Source of the DNA: Chiloscyllium plagiosum | Lineage: Eukaryota | NCBI RefSeq assembly: GCF_004010195.1 | Contig: NC_057719.1 | Span: forward strand, 78,454,393-78,518,262 | Direction: 5' to 3' | Length of the DNA: 63,870 nucleotides | Shown here: positions 48,828-61,224 of the stretch, one piece after another | Layout of the letters: each line of letters begins with the position of its first letter | Position numbering within the stretch: the stretch's first letter is position 1 | Program-made: the position numbers and the translations under genes | The notes under the pieces: generated by a model | Database searches by the model: none | The model's input: only the letters and a program-made list of their open reading frames with translations | Told to the model about the DNA's origin: nothing

Positions 48828-49920
48828 CTGGTGCTAGTGCCCCATGAACTGAACCCCAGTGCATCTGTTCCAATCTTTGAGCCACGCCTTTAGCTCCTTG
48901 ACTTTATTTTCCCTGTGCCAATTTGCCCATGGTTCAGGTAGTAATCGAGAGCTTATGACCTTGGAGGTCCTGTTTTCTAATTAAGCTCTTAACTGTTCAA
49001 AATCTTTCATTCACTTCTTTCCAATCCTAGCAATGTCATTAGTACTAATGTGGATGACAATGTCTGAACCTTTCCCCTCCCACTCTAAGTTCTTTCTCAG
49101 CCCCAAGGGGATGTCATTAACCTGACATGGGGCAGGTAACATAGTCTACGGGTCTCCCACTCACATAGAATGCATAGAGAACCGTATCTGTGCCCTACCA
49201 CAACTACGTTCCTATCTCATCCTTAGCTTGAATGACTCCCTGTATCAGGCTCCAGTTTACTTACCCTTCCTGCAGACACCACAATTGTCCACACAGCTTG
49301 CAAGAACCTCAGCGCTGTTGGACAATTTCAGGGCTAAGACTCCTCATTTGTAAACCACTGGGTTCGCATACTTGCCTCACCAGCAGTGAAGCCTTATGTC
49401 TCTGACACAGACCAATTTTGAATTACTGAGTCTGAAGGGTATAACCCCATTCTGGAATGTAACTTTCCCCTCTCCTTATGTAGTATAATATGTGCAGCTC
49501 AGATACCAGCTCCTCAATTTGGATCCAAAGCTCACTGATCTGCAAAACTTGCTACAGATGCATAGATGGGTTAGGATTAGGAATTCAGTCCATGGTACTG
49601 TCTCCTCCTTCCCTTCATAAGCTGATATCTAATGGCTCCCTATGCAAGAGTACCATAACAGTATGTACCTTAACTATCTTAATACTGTCGATATCACATT
49701 CGGATCTTGGAACAGGCAATGCAAAGTGCCACACCGTTAAAAGCAATCTGGCAATGTACCTGGAAGAAGGGTTATATGTGAAGTGTTGACCTCTCCAGCC
49801 ATGGAACAGCACTTTGCCAAGTTCAGTCTTTAACTCCTGGTAGCCTTTTCACATATTCTGACAAAATGGTAACAGACACGAGCAGGAAAGGTTATTTACT
49901 TACTTTTTCTTTCTCTTTTT

Positions 49921-50228
49921 AGATTAGATTAGATTACTTACAGTGTGGAAACAGGCCCTTCGTCCCAACAAGTCCACACCGACCCACCGAAGCACAACTC
50001 ACCCATACCCCTACATTTACCCCTTACCTAACACTACGGGCAATTTAGCATGGCCAATTCACCTTACCTGCACATCTTTGGACTGTGGGAGGAAACCGGA
50101 GCACCCGGAGGAAACCCACGCAGACACAGGGAGAATGTGCAAACTCCACACAGTCAGTCGCCTGAGGCGGGAATTGAACCCGGGTCTCTGGCGCTGTGAG
50201 GCAGCAGTGCTAACCACTGTGCCACCGT
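49921..50228 (-). mobile_element. HE1 V-SINE, young
   Basis: Antisense and near-identical to 2422 and 27059. Confidence 0.92.
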
Positions 50229-51744
50229 TACATACTATGACAACATCAAATAACTGAGCAGAAGAGGGATGTAGTGATCCTGACCTATTCATGGAAAGAT
50301 ATCCTGGTACAGTTGGCAGAGCTCTTTGCCTGACTGCAAAAAGCCAAAGTAGTAATAAACTTAAAGAAATCACAAATCTCAAAGGCAGAGGTGACATTCT
50401 TGGGATGTGACATCAGATATGGAAGAATGACCCCCCCACCAACCCAACGAACATGAAGGTGTGGGAGCCATTGAGTACCTTTTTAAAGAGATCAACTCCA
50501 CTCCTCAACTTCACTTTCCTGCCTTTTCCCCATATCGCTTGATAGCTTTACTGATTAAAACTCCGTCTTTCAATTCAGGAAAGCAATTGCATGAGATGTC
50601 AGCAGGAAGATGTGTCTATGTTGTCTTCAACTCTTGTGTGATGAAAAGCCTCTGTATTCTGTATGGTGAAATGCATTGTGCAGATGTTAAAAAAAAAACC
50701 ATGTGTTTGAACATTAATGAAAGAGGTGTATGTCAAAAAGGAGACCGACATAACGAACCAACAAGTAGGTCCTTGAGCTTGACAAGAATGAAATGATGAG
50801 ATATTTTGCAGTGAGAAAAATGACTTGCTCTGTGCACATTTGTCAGAAGCCAGAGGAAAGATTGTTGGGGCTATCACTGTCTGGGAAAGTAGATAATTGA
50901 TAGAAAATGAATCGAGACTGAGCATGGCGAGATGTTATGGAATGGGTAGATTTAATATAAAGAAGTTGTATAGTATAACAGAATGACCAGCATGACGTTA
51001 CAAAGTTGTTTTGCTCAGATTCAAATTTATGCTAGGTGTAACATGAACTTCACTTTATTTGTCCTAATTATCTAAATCCCCTCAACCTTGTCCCTGGAGC
51101 CACTAACTCCAAATTCCATTTTGCTGGCTCTAACCTGTAACTTGTCCTCATAGCATAAGATATGACTGAAATGGAAGGAGTGCGCTGCCTTTCTTTAAGC
51201 CCATGACTTTACAGGTCACTATATATGCCTCAAATTAATATAAAAAGTGGACATAGGGAGGGACACACTTTCAAACATACACAAACATTTACAAATACAC
51301 CAGGTTAAGGGGAAAACCTGATTTTCTGTCTCCAGAGAGTCACTTTGGAGTACAAAAACTTTTAACCAATAAGTCTACACTGTTAAAGTCAAAAGTGGTT
51401 AAGGAGTAGCACGTTCAGATGTATGTTGTCTGGAATCTTGACACATGTGGACTAGTGTCACCAATATAGGCAACTGTCTCTGGGGTCTCAGCACCTTGCT
51501 CAGGGACCCCAGTATCTCTCAGCCTCCCAAACGGTCTTTGGAGGATAATCAAGTTTCACACTGAATTCACCACAAAGGTTTGTCAGAATCTGGAGACACT
51601 AGCTGAGCTTGTTTGTTCTATACCAGGCTTTCCACCAACTGAACGTCCAAAAAGTAACTCCAAACCTCAGTTCAAACTGAATAGCCATAAAACCCAGTGG
51701 TTTAAAAAATCCGATTTCTTTTATTTCCTTGGCATTTGTTCAAG

Positions 51745-52447
51745 AAGGACTTACTTATTTAATGTTAGGGCCTTGATGAGTGTTGTCGAGCAGACAAACC
51801 TAGGAGTGTACATTTATTGTTCCTTGAAAGTGGCATCACAGGCAGACAAGGTGGAGAAGATGTTTGTTCTGCTTGTCTTCATTGGTCAGTGCATTGAGTA
51901 CAGGAGTTGGGATGTCATGTTGCAGCTGTACAAGACATTGGTCAGGCCACATTTGACGCACTGCATGCAATTCTGGTCTCCCTACTATAGGAACGATGTT
52001 ATTAAACTGAAAAGGATTGGAAACAAATTTGCAAGGATGTTACTGGGTCTGGACTGTTGGAGTTATAAAGAGAGGCTGGGACTTTTCCTCCCTGGAGTAT
52101 AGGAGACTTTTAAATCGAGAATTTTTAAATCATAGATAAGGTGACTAGCCGAGGTCTTTTCCCCAGAGTAGGGCAGTCCAAACCTAGAGGGCATATGCAG
52201 CAGGTGAGAGAGGAAAGATTTAAAAGGGATCTGAGGAACAACTTTTCCAAAGGGAAGTGCAGAGTAGGGAAAGAGTTTCCAGAGGAAGTGGCAAAGGTGA
52301 GCACAATTACAACATTTAAAAGACATTTGGACAGATAGGAAATGTTAAAGCGGGTGTGGGCTAAACACAGGAGAATGGGACTAGTTTGGGAAACATAGTT
52401 GGCATGGATGAGTTGGGCCAAAGGGCCTGTTTCCATGCTGTATGAAT
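51745..52447 (+). mobile_element. CR1/HER1 3' portion
   Basis: VMLQLYKTLVRPHLTHCMQFWSPYYR; LFPRVGQSKPRGH; 3' UTR ttgggccaaagggcctgtttccatgctgtatga. Confidence 0.88.
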
Positions 52448-53134
52448 CAAAAACTGTCTGACTTTAAAACAAGACTAGCAATTATCGGAAACTGATTTTT
52501 GAGGAATGCCTTGTTAAAAATAAAAATCTAATGTGTACTTTCATTGAACTTTTGCAAAAAAAAAATCCAAGTCTCCACAATCCTTCAAACTCAGGTCCAC
52601 AAAGGTCATTACGTATGAAGCATCTTCATAGCTCGCATGGCAGTGGAAAAAAAATCCATTTTGATTTTTTATAAAATGGTGAGTCATCATCTCTCCACAT
52701 GTTAATAAAATCTCTTCTTGAAATTTTGGCCTTACACATAAAATTGAAATGATTCTCCACTGAGTGTTGACAGGTTAGTCAACTGCAGGTCACACCACAG
52801 TCAAATTCTAGCAGCCATACCTGCGGAGTTACAGGATGAAGGTCAGAGGTGGGAGCCTTGGCTTCTTCCATAATGCTGGGACCTCATTAAGTTTCTACCT
52901 GCCAAACCTACTGAGATCAGCTGTTTCACCATTGACCCTAGGTCTAAAGTGAGGCAACCTGTTCTGAATAACCCAGTAAATAAACTTGATGAGGTATTGA
53001 GGAAAATGAACTCATCTTTCATCCTTTGCAACATCAACTGAACTCTATGTAAAGGGTTCTGTGACCATTCATTGCTGATCGTTGTGGGAATAATGGAGCT
53101 GAGTATACTGCCATATGAAAGAAAGAGAGAAAAA

Positions 53135-53690
53135 CTACTATTTACTTTATACTTCACAAGTTCAGAATGTCCTGCAACATTTTACAGTTAATAAGGTACA
53201 TTTGAAATGTAGTCAACATTATGATGGAATTATGGCAGACTATTTCTACATAGCAAACTAGCAGAAACAACAATGTGTTAATGACCAGGCAAACATTGTT
53301 GTGATTTTTTTGAGGGATAAGTATTAACCAGGTCACTGTCACCTCCTGTTCCTTCAAAAAGTACCCTGTTCCCTGGATGCTGCCTGACCTGCTGTGCTGT
53401 TCCAGCAATAAAGTTTCACATTTGAAATGTAGTCAACATTATGATGGAATTATGGCAGACTATTTCTACATAGCAAACTAGCAGAAACAACAATGTGTTA
53501 ATGACCAGACAAACATTGTTGTGATTTTTTTGAGGGATAAGTATTAACCAGGTCACTGTCACCTCCTGTTCCTTTAAAAAGTACAGGATTTCTTCTCTGG
53601 TCGAATCTCTGCTGTAGGACTCTGATACACAACCTTAGATACTGAAGCAAGGATGTTACCAATTGAGCCACAGTTAATACAGTGATTTTT
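53135..53690 (-). mobile_element. DeuSINE (SacSINE1-like) carrying an internal duplication
   Basis: tttgaaatgtagtca..ggcagactatt..aatgtgttaatgaccag..tgagggataagtatt is the antisense Deu domain; head remnant ttaccaattgagccac. Confidence 0.6.
53198..53584. repeat. 167-bp direct duplication flanking a 53-bp Penelope terminal-repeat fragment
   Basis: 53198-53364 vs 53418-53584 with two mismatches; spacer cctgttccctggatgctgcctgacctgctgtgctgttccagc. Confidence 0.93.
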
Positions 53691-53814
53691 CACACTGCGC
53701 GTGATCATACTTCAGCCTCACCTTTACCATTCTTTTAGCAGTCTTTCAGTCTTCATGAAACAAAATGAAAAATAAAAAAAAATTATTAAAGATATTATTA
53801 CATTCTGTGTCTCT

Positions 53815-54080
53815 GCTATTGCATTCTACTACCTAGAAGGGCAAAGCATGGGAGCACTATCACGTGCACGTTCCTCCAAATTGCTCAACTTTCTGACTTT
53901 GACAATATAATTTCTTCCTTCACTAGTGCTGGATCAAAATCATTACAATACTGTGAAAGTGCCAGTATCCATGCATTACAGTGGTTCACGAAGGCAGTTC
54001 GCCATAACCTTCTCAAGGGCAATTGGGATATGCAATGTGTTCTGGCCTAGTCAGTGACTCCATACATCCCATGACTGAAT
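53815..54080 (+). mobile_element. 'Family B' LINE 3' end, old (another at about 55545-55720)
   Basis: accttctcaagggcaatt..ctggcctagtcagtgactccatacatcccatga. Confidence 0.65.
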
Positions 54081-54413
54081 TACTGGGGTAAAAATCAAAG
54101 CCATTGTATAAGAATTCAATCAAGTGGCATTAGGGAGAATACAGAAAAGGTTAACAAGAATATTTTGGTGACATAAAGAGATCGGAGAAACTCCAGCTGC
54201 TCCCCTTGTAGGAGAGTGTGATGGAAGGTGGAGAGGACATCATATGTTTTGGGATTTTGGTTTGATTACAGACGCAGACAGATGTGGGTCAGTTTTATGA
54301 ACGTAATCTTTCCGAACAGTTCAGAAAGCTGTCCAAAACAAGGAAACTAAAAGCACCAATTCCCCGAGATGTGTGACCGCAGTCATGTGCCTGGCATGAC
54401 ACCATTATTGATG

Positions 54414-54571
54414 CAGAGGAACCTCGATTATCTGGCATTCCATTATCCGGCAAGATCACGAGGTTCCGATGCTCGGCTAAACTATGTTATCCGGCTTTTG
54501 GTTATCCGGCATTTGATTAACTGAATGAAATACTCCCCGCCCATGTCCTTCGGATAATTGAGGTTCCTCTG
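54414..54571. mobile_element. Tc1/mariner (Tigger/pogo-type) MITE, 158 bp
   Basis: TIRs cagaggaacctcgattatc / gataattgaggttcctctg; TA on the right and TG (likely mutated TA) on the left; internal ttatccggc repeats. Confidence 0.8.
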
Positions 54572-56609
54572 TAGATGGAATGTTTACCCTGTTGAGTTTA
54601 CAACAGGAAAACATTACTTTTAGCTTTTTGTTCAGGTTGGAGGGGAGGACAATTTCTTTTGGCAGAAGAATCAAGATTTTAGTTCTGTGTAAACCAGATA
54701 CTGTAGACAACACGTTTTAGTTTGTGGAGATTCTAAGCTGGGATGGGTTGGTGCTAGCATTGTTAGAACTGAAAATGTTTCCGTTATTGAATTCTCAAAT
54801 GTTCATGCTAACAGACTCAGGAAAAGAATTATAAAACTGTCTCTGCAGTACAAGGAGATGAAACTTGGGGGAGACAGTTCAGTAAAAATTGAGAGTTAAT
54901 AAAACATCTCTGAGTTTGAGTATCTGGGAAAAGCTGATGGTGGATAACATGTTGAAACACTGTTCTGCGGTTCGTATAAAGATCTTTCTCACTGCCTAAT
55001 ATGTAGATGGCTTTGTTTTGTAAACAACTGCAAAAATTAAATAGATGATCTCCCATTAGTGGAAGGATTGAGAAACGGAGGCCTCCAATTTAATATAACT
55101 AACAAAAGAAGATGCAACATGAAAACGTTTTTATACTGTAGATGGTGAGAACTTGGATTGCAGTGCTTGAGAGTGTGATAGAGGCAGATGTAATTGTAGC
55201 TTACATGAGGAACTGAATTGTTATCTGAACAGGGAAAAAAACCCAGCCTATGGGGAAATGGCAGAGGTCTGACACTCAGTGAATTGCTATTGCAGAGAAC
55301 CAGCACTGACACAATGAACGATTCCTCTCAGTCTATTCTAAGGCTGTTTTGTCTAGCATCAAACACTGGCTCCACTTTATTCAGGAACGCAGCTTTATGC
55401 AACTAATCAAGATCAACTGTTGCATTATTATGTTTCAGTGATAATGCAAATAATGAAAAGTTGCGACATTTGAAAACTTCTATTTCTGTGAAATGTTTGA
55501 ATTAGTGTAGTGGGATAAGATAACATGATTTCTCCTGAACATTCTCCTCAAAATCCTCAACCTCCCTCCCTGAGAGCACCTTGGGTGTGGAGCCCTCTTA
55601 CTTGGACCTAGTGATGGCTGAAACATTTCACTCACCACCACCTTCTCAAGGCCAAATTACAAATGGCCAATAAATTCTGGCACCTCCATCGTTGCTCATG
55701 GCGGATGAAGTAGCGTTAAAAACTGTTGACATGTTCCAGGTGTAATAACTCAAAAGGCAGAGTGACAGGGTTGTCCTGCATAGACAGTAGTGCTTGTCAA
55801 TCCCAGTAGATAGCAGCCTCGTGTTTAGTTTCTTTATTAGCAGTCTGTTGGGCAGTAAAGAGTGAGATCAAGAATGCTCTTAACTATAAACATTTTCTGG
55901 CTGTTCCTCAAAATAAAACTTTGCCATTTTCATTTCTGAGTCCAGGGAACTGAGTGAGACAATTAAAATCTGCACAGCACCATTTCAGTCTCTATCCTGT
56001 TATTGATATTTGCTTAATATATGCTTTAATTAAATTTCAACAGTTCAATGTACCATTCATGCTGATAATTAGGCAGAGTTGTGGAGTGTAATAATACATC
56101 CATTCTGGCACAGCCAATCTGTTCGTCTTTGGGGTATACATCCCTGATGTTGGTGTATGCTGAGTTTCGTATGCTCCATGGGATTTAAGCTTGGAGTAGA
56201 CAGAAGGTGCCTCGGTTGTAAGGGATATTGGAAACAGTGAGATTTGAGAACACTAAGTGTCTGCCTCAGCTTTCCTTAATAAACTTATCACACCTATTCT
56301 TTGAAAATATAAGATTGCACAGACAGTGACAGCTGCGTGGTGGGGCAGTGTTGAAATTTTCCTTTCCTGAAGGTTATGTGAATGACTATGTCATTATTTC
56401 AAAACACAAAGCTGCAAAAGTATTGTTACAAATCAGTAGGTTTTGGAAACGAAAGGGCAATGCCATTATCAGAGTTGAACTTGACACATCCAGGGCTTGG
56501 TGTGCCCAGGGGTCATTTGTAAGAGCCTATTCTCCCTATCCATTGCGACTTGGGGCAGCTGGGATGGTATGGAATTTGTAAACAAAATAATCAATCTTTA
56601 TTTCTGGAA

Positions 56610-57070
56610 TCATAGGCTTTTTACAGGGCAGAAGGAAGCTGTTCAACCCTTATGTCCACAATGGTTCAGTGAGTTCTACTGCCCAGCTCTTTCTATGCCA
56701 CCCTTCAAATGCTTTACGTTCAGGTGCCTATTCAGTTCTCTTTTGAAGTTCCAATTGAACCTTTCTCCACCAGTTATAGCTTTGCTTCTTTTGCTATTTA
56801 AATTATATCACTGTCCATTGGTAATTGTCCCTTCCACAAAAAGAGAACGCATTTTCTCCGTGCATGATCTAAATCCCTCTCAATATTGAACACCGATCAA
56901 ATGTCCTTTCAGCCTTTTCTCAGGAGAATAACTCAGCTCCCTCAATTTTTTTTTCACATAGCTGACGTCATGAATTCCTGGAACCATTCTCCTCAATCCT
57001 TTCTGCACTGTCCATGAAGCTTTCCTGCTCTTCCTAGAGTGTGGTGCCTGGAATTGGATACAATGCTTCA
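56610..57070 (-). mobile_element. Old CR1 3' fragment
   Basis: ORF 56880..57086 HCIQFQAPHSRK..VQKGLRRMVPG..KRLKGHLI. Confidence 0.65.
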
Positions 57071-57074
57071 GTTT

Positions 57075-57755
57075 ATTAAATTTCAAAAATATACTTTATT
57101 CATAAAATCTTCTTCTATGTAGTCACGAATGCAGTTCGGTTCTGTACAGTAGCATGTCAAGGAAGCAAATGAACCTTGGAATTTTACTCTATCTAAACAA
57201 TCAAAAGGTACAAGACTATGTTCACATGCATTCAAGCACTAGAAGAGTCCATTAACTGAATTGACCCCCATTTAACTTTGGCGGAAAGACCTCAGACAGT
57301 GGTCTTTCCCCCACTGCGTCTTGGCAGCAGCTGCTCCAAGCTTTAGTACATCCCTTAGCACGTACTCCCACACCTTGGAATGGGCCAGTTTGCAACACAC
57401 GGTTGAGGTCAACCTCTTGCTCTGGAAGACCAACAAGTTTTGGGCAAGCCAAAGACCTTTATTCACTGAGTTGATGGTCCTTCAGGTGCAGTTGACGTTT
57501 GTCTTGGTGTGCATCCCAGAGAACAGCCCATTCAGCACAGAGTCCCGCTTCATGGAGCTGCTCAGGATGAACCTCAACAAAAACCACTGCGTTCTTTCTC
57601 TAGCCTTGCTTTGTAAAGGCACATTCCAGATGGAGATGTGTTGCAGGTTGTCCCCGCAACCGCTTCGAGGGCAGTATCCATTGGTGCAGACCAACTGGGT
57701 GTACATGAAGGATCAGGTACGGTCCACTTACGACATTTTAGTTTTGGGTTACCCC
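57075..57755 (-). mobile_element. Tx1/L1-group LINE 3' end
   Basis: CPRSGCG zinc-knuckle start; DSVLNGLFSG; LWLAQNLLVFQ..CCKLAHSKVWEYVLRD..AKTQWGK; 3' end tttatgaataaagtatattttt. Confidence 0.8.
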
Positions 57756-58613
57756 AACTTTCTTGCTTTTTGACTCTCTGGACACCATTTTCCTAAACCC
57801 CAAACGGGTGGGGGGGAATGTGACCAGTGTTTTGCAAGTTCCATGTTTCACTGCACCTGTATGGGAGGGGAGAATTTTAAAAGGTAAGTGAAAAGGTTTT
57901 GTCTTTGAGAATCTAATGCAGACATGAGCCTCTACTCTTTGATTTGATTTGTGTTTCTCGTTTTGATTGTATTGTGATGTTACTTTGCTGTAATAAACTG
58001 CCACCAGCGGTTTAGACAGTATAGCTGTGGCTGGATTAATTTTGCAGAGGGAATATTAACCTCTATTATTTGGCTGTCAGCTCCACTCCCCCACAATTCA
58101 TTCAGCTTATTGAATTCATGAGAGAGGTTGTTGTGTCTGAAAATTATCAGACTTGCTAATAAATCCAGGTGGACAATGACATTGGAATCCATTGATTTAA
58201 TCTTCACAAGTGCCTTTGTTTATACAAGAATCCAACTCACCTCTGTCCATTTTATTCGGCAGTTCTCACCTTTAAGACTGAATAATATAAAATCAGTTGC
58301 ATACAAAAAGTTTTTCACAGTTTGCAAATTAAGTTATTGTTTGAGTACCTTCATGACTCAAATATAAGTGATGCATATTATCAGAAGACATGTGTTGAGC
58401 CCAAAAGGTAAAGGGCTTTGATGGACAGAGTCAAACACAGAGGACTGTAGGAGAGGGCAGCAAATTCTTGTTGCACCAGATTACAGTATCTTCCTTCTTA
58501 GCTCTTCATTCACTGCTAACTATGTTTCAATCTGATGAGGAACTGAACAGGGACAAGGCATTGTAGCTGAGGCTTTGCTACTTACTTTGCCATGAATTTT
58601 CTAATGAAAATAA

Positions 58614-60260
58614 AGTCATAAAGTTGAAGAGCACGGAAACAGACCCTTTGGTCCAACTTGTCCATGCCAACCAGATATCTGAAATTAATTTAGTCCCATT
58701 TGCCCACATTTAGCCCGTATCCCACTAAGTCCTTCCTATACATGTATCCAAGCTGTTGCCTTTTACATGTTGCAATTGTTCCAGCCTCCACCACTTCCTC
58801 TGGCAGCTCATTCCATATGCTCACCACCCTCTGTGTGAAAAAGTTGCCCCTTAGGTCTGTTTTAAATTTTTCCCCTCTCACCTTAAACCTATGCCCTCTA
58901 GTTTTAGACTCCCCTACCCTGGGAAAAAGACCTTGGCTATTCACTCTAACCGTGCTCCTCATGATTTAATAAACCTCCATCCCTCAGCTTCCGCCGCTCC
59001 AAGGAAATTAGCCCCAGCTTATTCAGCCTTTCCCTATAGCTCAAACCCTCCAACTCCAGCACTGATTACAGTGTTCAGCACCATTCACAACGTCTCAGAT
59101 ACCTAAGCAGTCCATGCTCAAATGCAACAAAATCTGGATAATATCTAGGTTTGGGCCGATAGGTGGCATGTAACATTTGCACCACGCAAATGCCAGACAA
59201 TGACCAGCACCAATAGGAGACACTCGAAACATCACCCCTTGACAATCAACAGTATTACCATCACTGAACCCGGCACTGTCAACATCCTTGGGGTTGCCAT
59301 TGACCAGAAACTCAATTGAACTCACCATATAAACACAGTTGTTGCAAGATCAGGTCAGAGACTAAGGACATTGCAGCGAGTAACTCACCTGATACCCCAA
59401 AGTCTGTCCACTATCTCCAAGGCACAAGTCAGGAGTGTGGTGGAATACTCCCCACTTGCCTGGATGGGTGCAGCTACAAAAGCAAAAAGCTTGACACCAT
59501 CCAGGACAAAGCAGCCTGTTTGATTGGCACCACATCTACAAACATTCAATCCATTCACCACCAGCACTCAGTAGCAACAGTGTGTACTATCTACAAGATG
59601 CACTGCAGAAATTCACCAAAGATCCTTAGACAGCACCTTCCAAACCCACGACCAGTTCCATTTAGAAGGACAAGAGCAGCAAGTACTTGGGAACACCACC
59701 ACCTGCAAGTTCCTGTCCAAGCCACTCACCATCCTGACTTGGAAATATACCGTTATTCCTTCACAGTCGTTGGGTCAAAATCCCAGAATTCCCTCTGTAC
59801 TGACATTGTGGGTTAACCCACAGCAGGTGGACCGTAGTGATTCAAGGTAGCTCACCACCACCACCTTCTTAAGGGCAAATAGGGATGGGCTAGCAATGCT
59901 GGCCAGTCAGCAACATCCAAGACCCACAAATGAATTTTTAAAAATCCTTGTAAATCGTTTTTGTGCTCATTTAGGTTTAACATCATCTTTTCTATAGCAG
60001 GGAGGCCAGAACTGAATGTGGTACTCCAAAATGGCTTAACCAATGTCCTGGACAGCCAAAACATGACCACCCAACTCCTATATTCAATGCGCCAACTAAT
60101 AAAGGCAAGTGAACCAAGCGCGCCTTTACTACCTTGTCTACCTGTCACTCCACCTTCAATGAACCTTGAACCTGCACCCCAAGATCTCTTTGTTCAGCAA
60201 CACTCCCCAGGACCTTACAGATAAGTATATAAGTCATGCCCTGATTTGCCTTTCCAAAAT
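58614..60260 (-). mobile_element. CR1/HER1 3' portion split by a 'family B' LINE
   Basis: GLFPRVGESKTRGHRFKVRG..FFTQRVVSIWNELPEEVVEAG (58690..58962); the element resumes at about 59945. Confidence 0.88.
59060..59942 (+). mobile_element. 'Family B' CR1-group LINE 3' portion (best copy in the window)
   Basis: KKLDTIQDKAACLIG..SIHHQHSVATVCTIYKMHC; ILGVAIDQKLN; QVRSVVEYSPLAW in an adjacent frame. Confidence 0.85.
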
Positions 60261-60380
60261 TAATCAGGCACCTTAGTCATTGCACCTTAGGAAATGCGAG
60301 GCAAGAATGGATGGGTTTGTTAAGCTGCTAAGTCCAGAATTGGCCTGTATCTGTTCCTGCTTTGGTAGATTCATCTCCAC

Positions 60381-60505
60381 CCGTGATTAACATTTGACCT
60401 TGGTCAACTCGTACATCTCAGCCATGATTAGCATATTGACCTTGGTCAACTCGTATATCCCAGCCATGATTAACATATTGACCTTGGTCAACTCGTACAT
60501 CCCAG
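60381..60505. repeat. Tandem repeat, 3 x about 42 bp
   Basis: Unit ccatgattaacatattgaccttggtcaactcgtacatcccag, starting at 60381, 60422 and 60464. Confidence 0.95.
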
Positions 60506-60741
60506 CAGACTGATGACTGAAGTAGGATCAGGATACAGGATTGGTCCTGCCTCTTCCTTCTGCCTCCATTTTGAATCATTTATATCTTCGTTTATATAGT
60601 CCAGAGTCCAGTGTGCACATTTAAGCACACAACTTACCACAGTAATATGCTAGGCCAGACCTCCTCAGAATATTTTAAGAAGGTAGCCGAGATCCTAACA
60701 TTTTCTTGTTTTGAAGGCAGACATGAGGTGGATATTCCAGG

Positions 60742-61221
60742 TGTGATGCAGCTGGTGAAGCCACTTGGTTTGAAGCAAAGCAGGATTTATTTAAACACTC
60801 CAGTTGAAACACAAACAAAAGGGAACGGAATTGAGAATAACTTAACTATTGGAAACATTGAATTGACCTGATATGGCAACTTAACTAATTAACTGTTCCA
60901 ATCCAGTAACATCCCATAAACGCACCCCTTGGCGAAAAAGGAAAATTCGAACACAGATTCTTACAGGCAGGAGGGAGCAACATTCAGAAAGAGATTTCAA
61001 AAGATAGTCAGAGGAATTCTTTGCTGAAGCTTGCAATTCCAGTAGACTCTCTCATGTTGTGATTGTCGCAGCTAAAAACAAACTAGAGAAACTTGAACTG
61101 GGAGAACTGGCCATCCCATTCTATTGCTAAACTAGACTCCTTGGTACCTCTGCCTTTACGACCTCTCTTCAAAACAAAACCAAGGACAAAATAACCTTTT
61201 TCAAGTGACAGCCTTGTCACC
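60742..61221 (-). mobile_element. Probable solo LTR
   Basis: TGTGA...TCAC inverted termini; reverse polyA signal (tttatt) near 60786; no clear TSD. Confidence 0.45.
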
Positions 61222-61224
61222 GTA

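Larger units (their letters stand above)
44140..49565 (-). mobile_element. Ancient CR1 5' half (ORF1 through endonuclease), fragmented by nested insertions
   Basis: Collinear on the minus strand: ORF1 N-terminal CICSK/coiled-coil piece (about 49480-49565), esterase pieces (48830-49200, 48130-48260), EN start ICLNVRCIQNKITELIAQVQIN (47089..47277), later EN pieces (44140-45050). Confidence 0.7.

Noticed and set aside
48740..48830. CpG-rich stretch after a TAG acceptor-like site, suggesting a terminal exon (PHMSIPLTDLEPRDPS*)
   Set aside because: It lies in the U5 part of the solo LTR, bounded by the CTGG TSD.
50930..51730. LTR-like segment starting TGTTATG
   Set aside because: No matching CA terminus or TSD found by eye, so left unannotated.
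57790..57890. Cys-rich frame (GGECDQCF..HCTC) ending at AAG|GTAAGT
   Set aside because: No convincing acceptor, an in-frame stop just upstream and no recognisable family.
60381..60505. Palindrome-containing repeats resembling a CRISPR array
   Set aside because: The units are directly tandem with no unique spacers, there are no cas genes, and the context is vertebrate.
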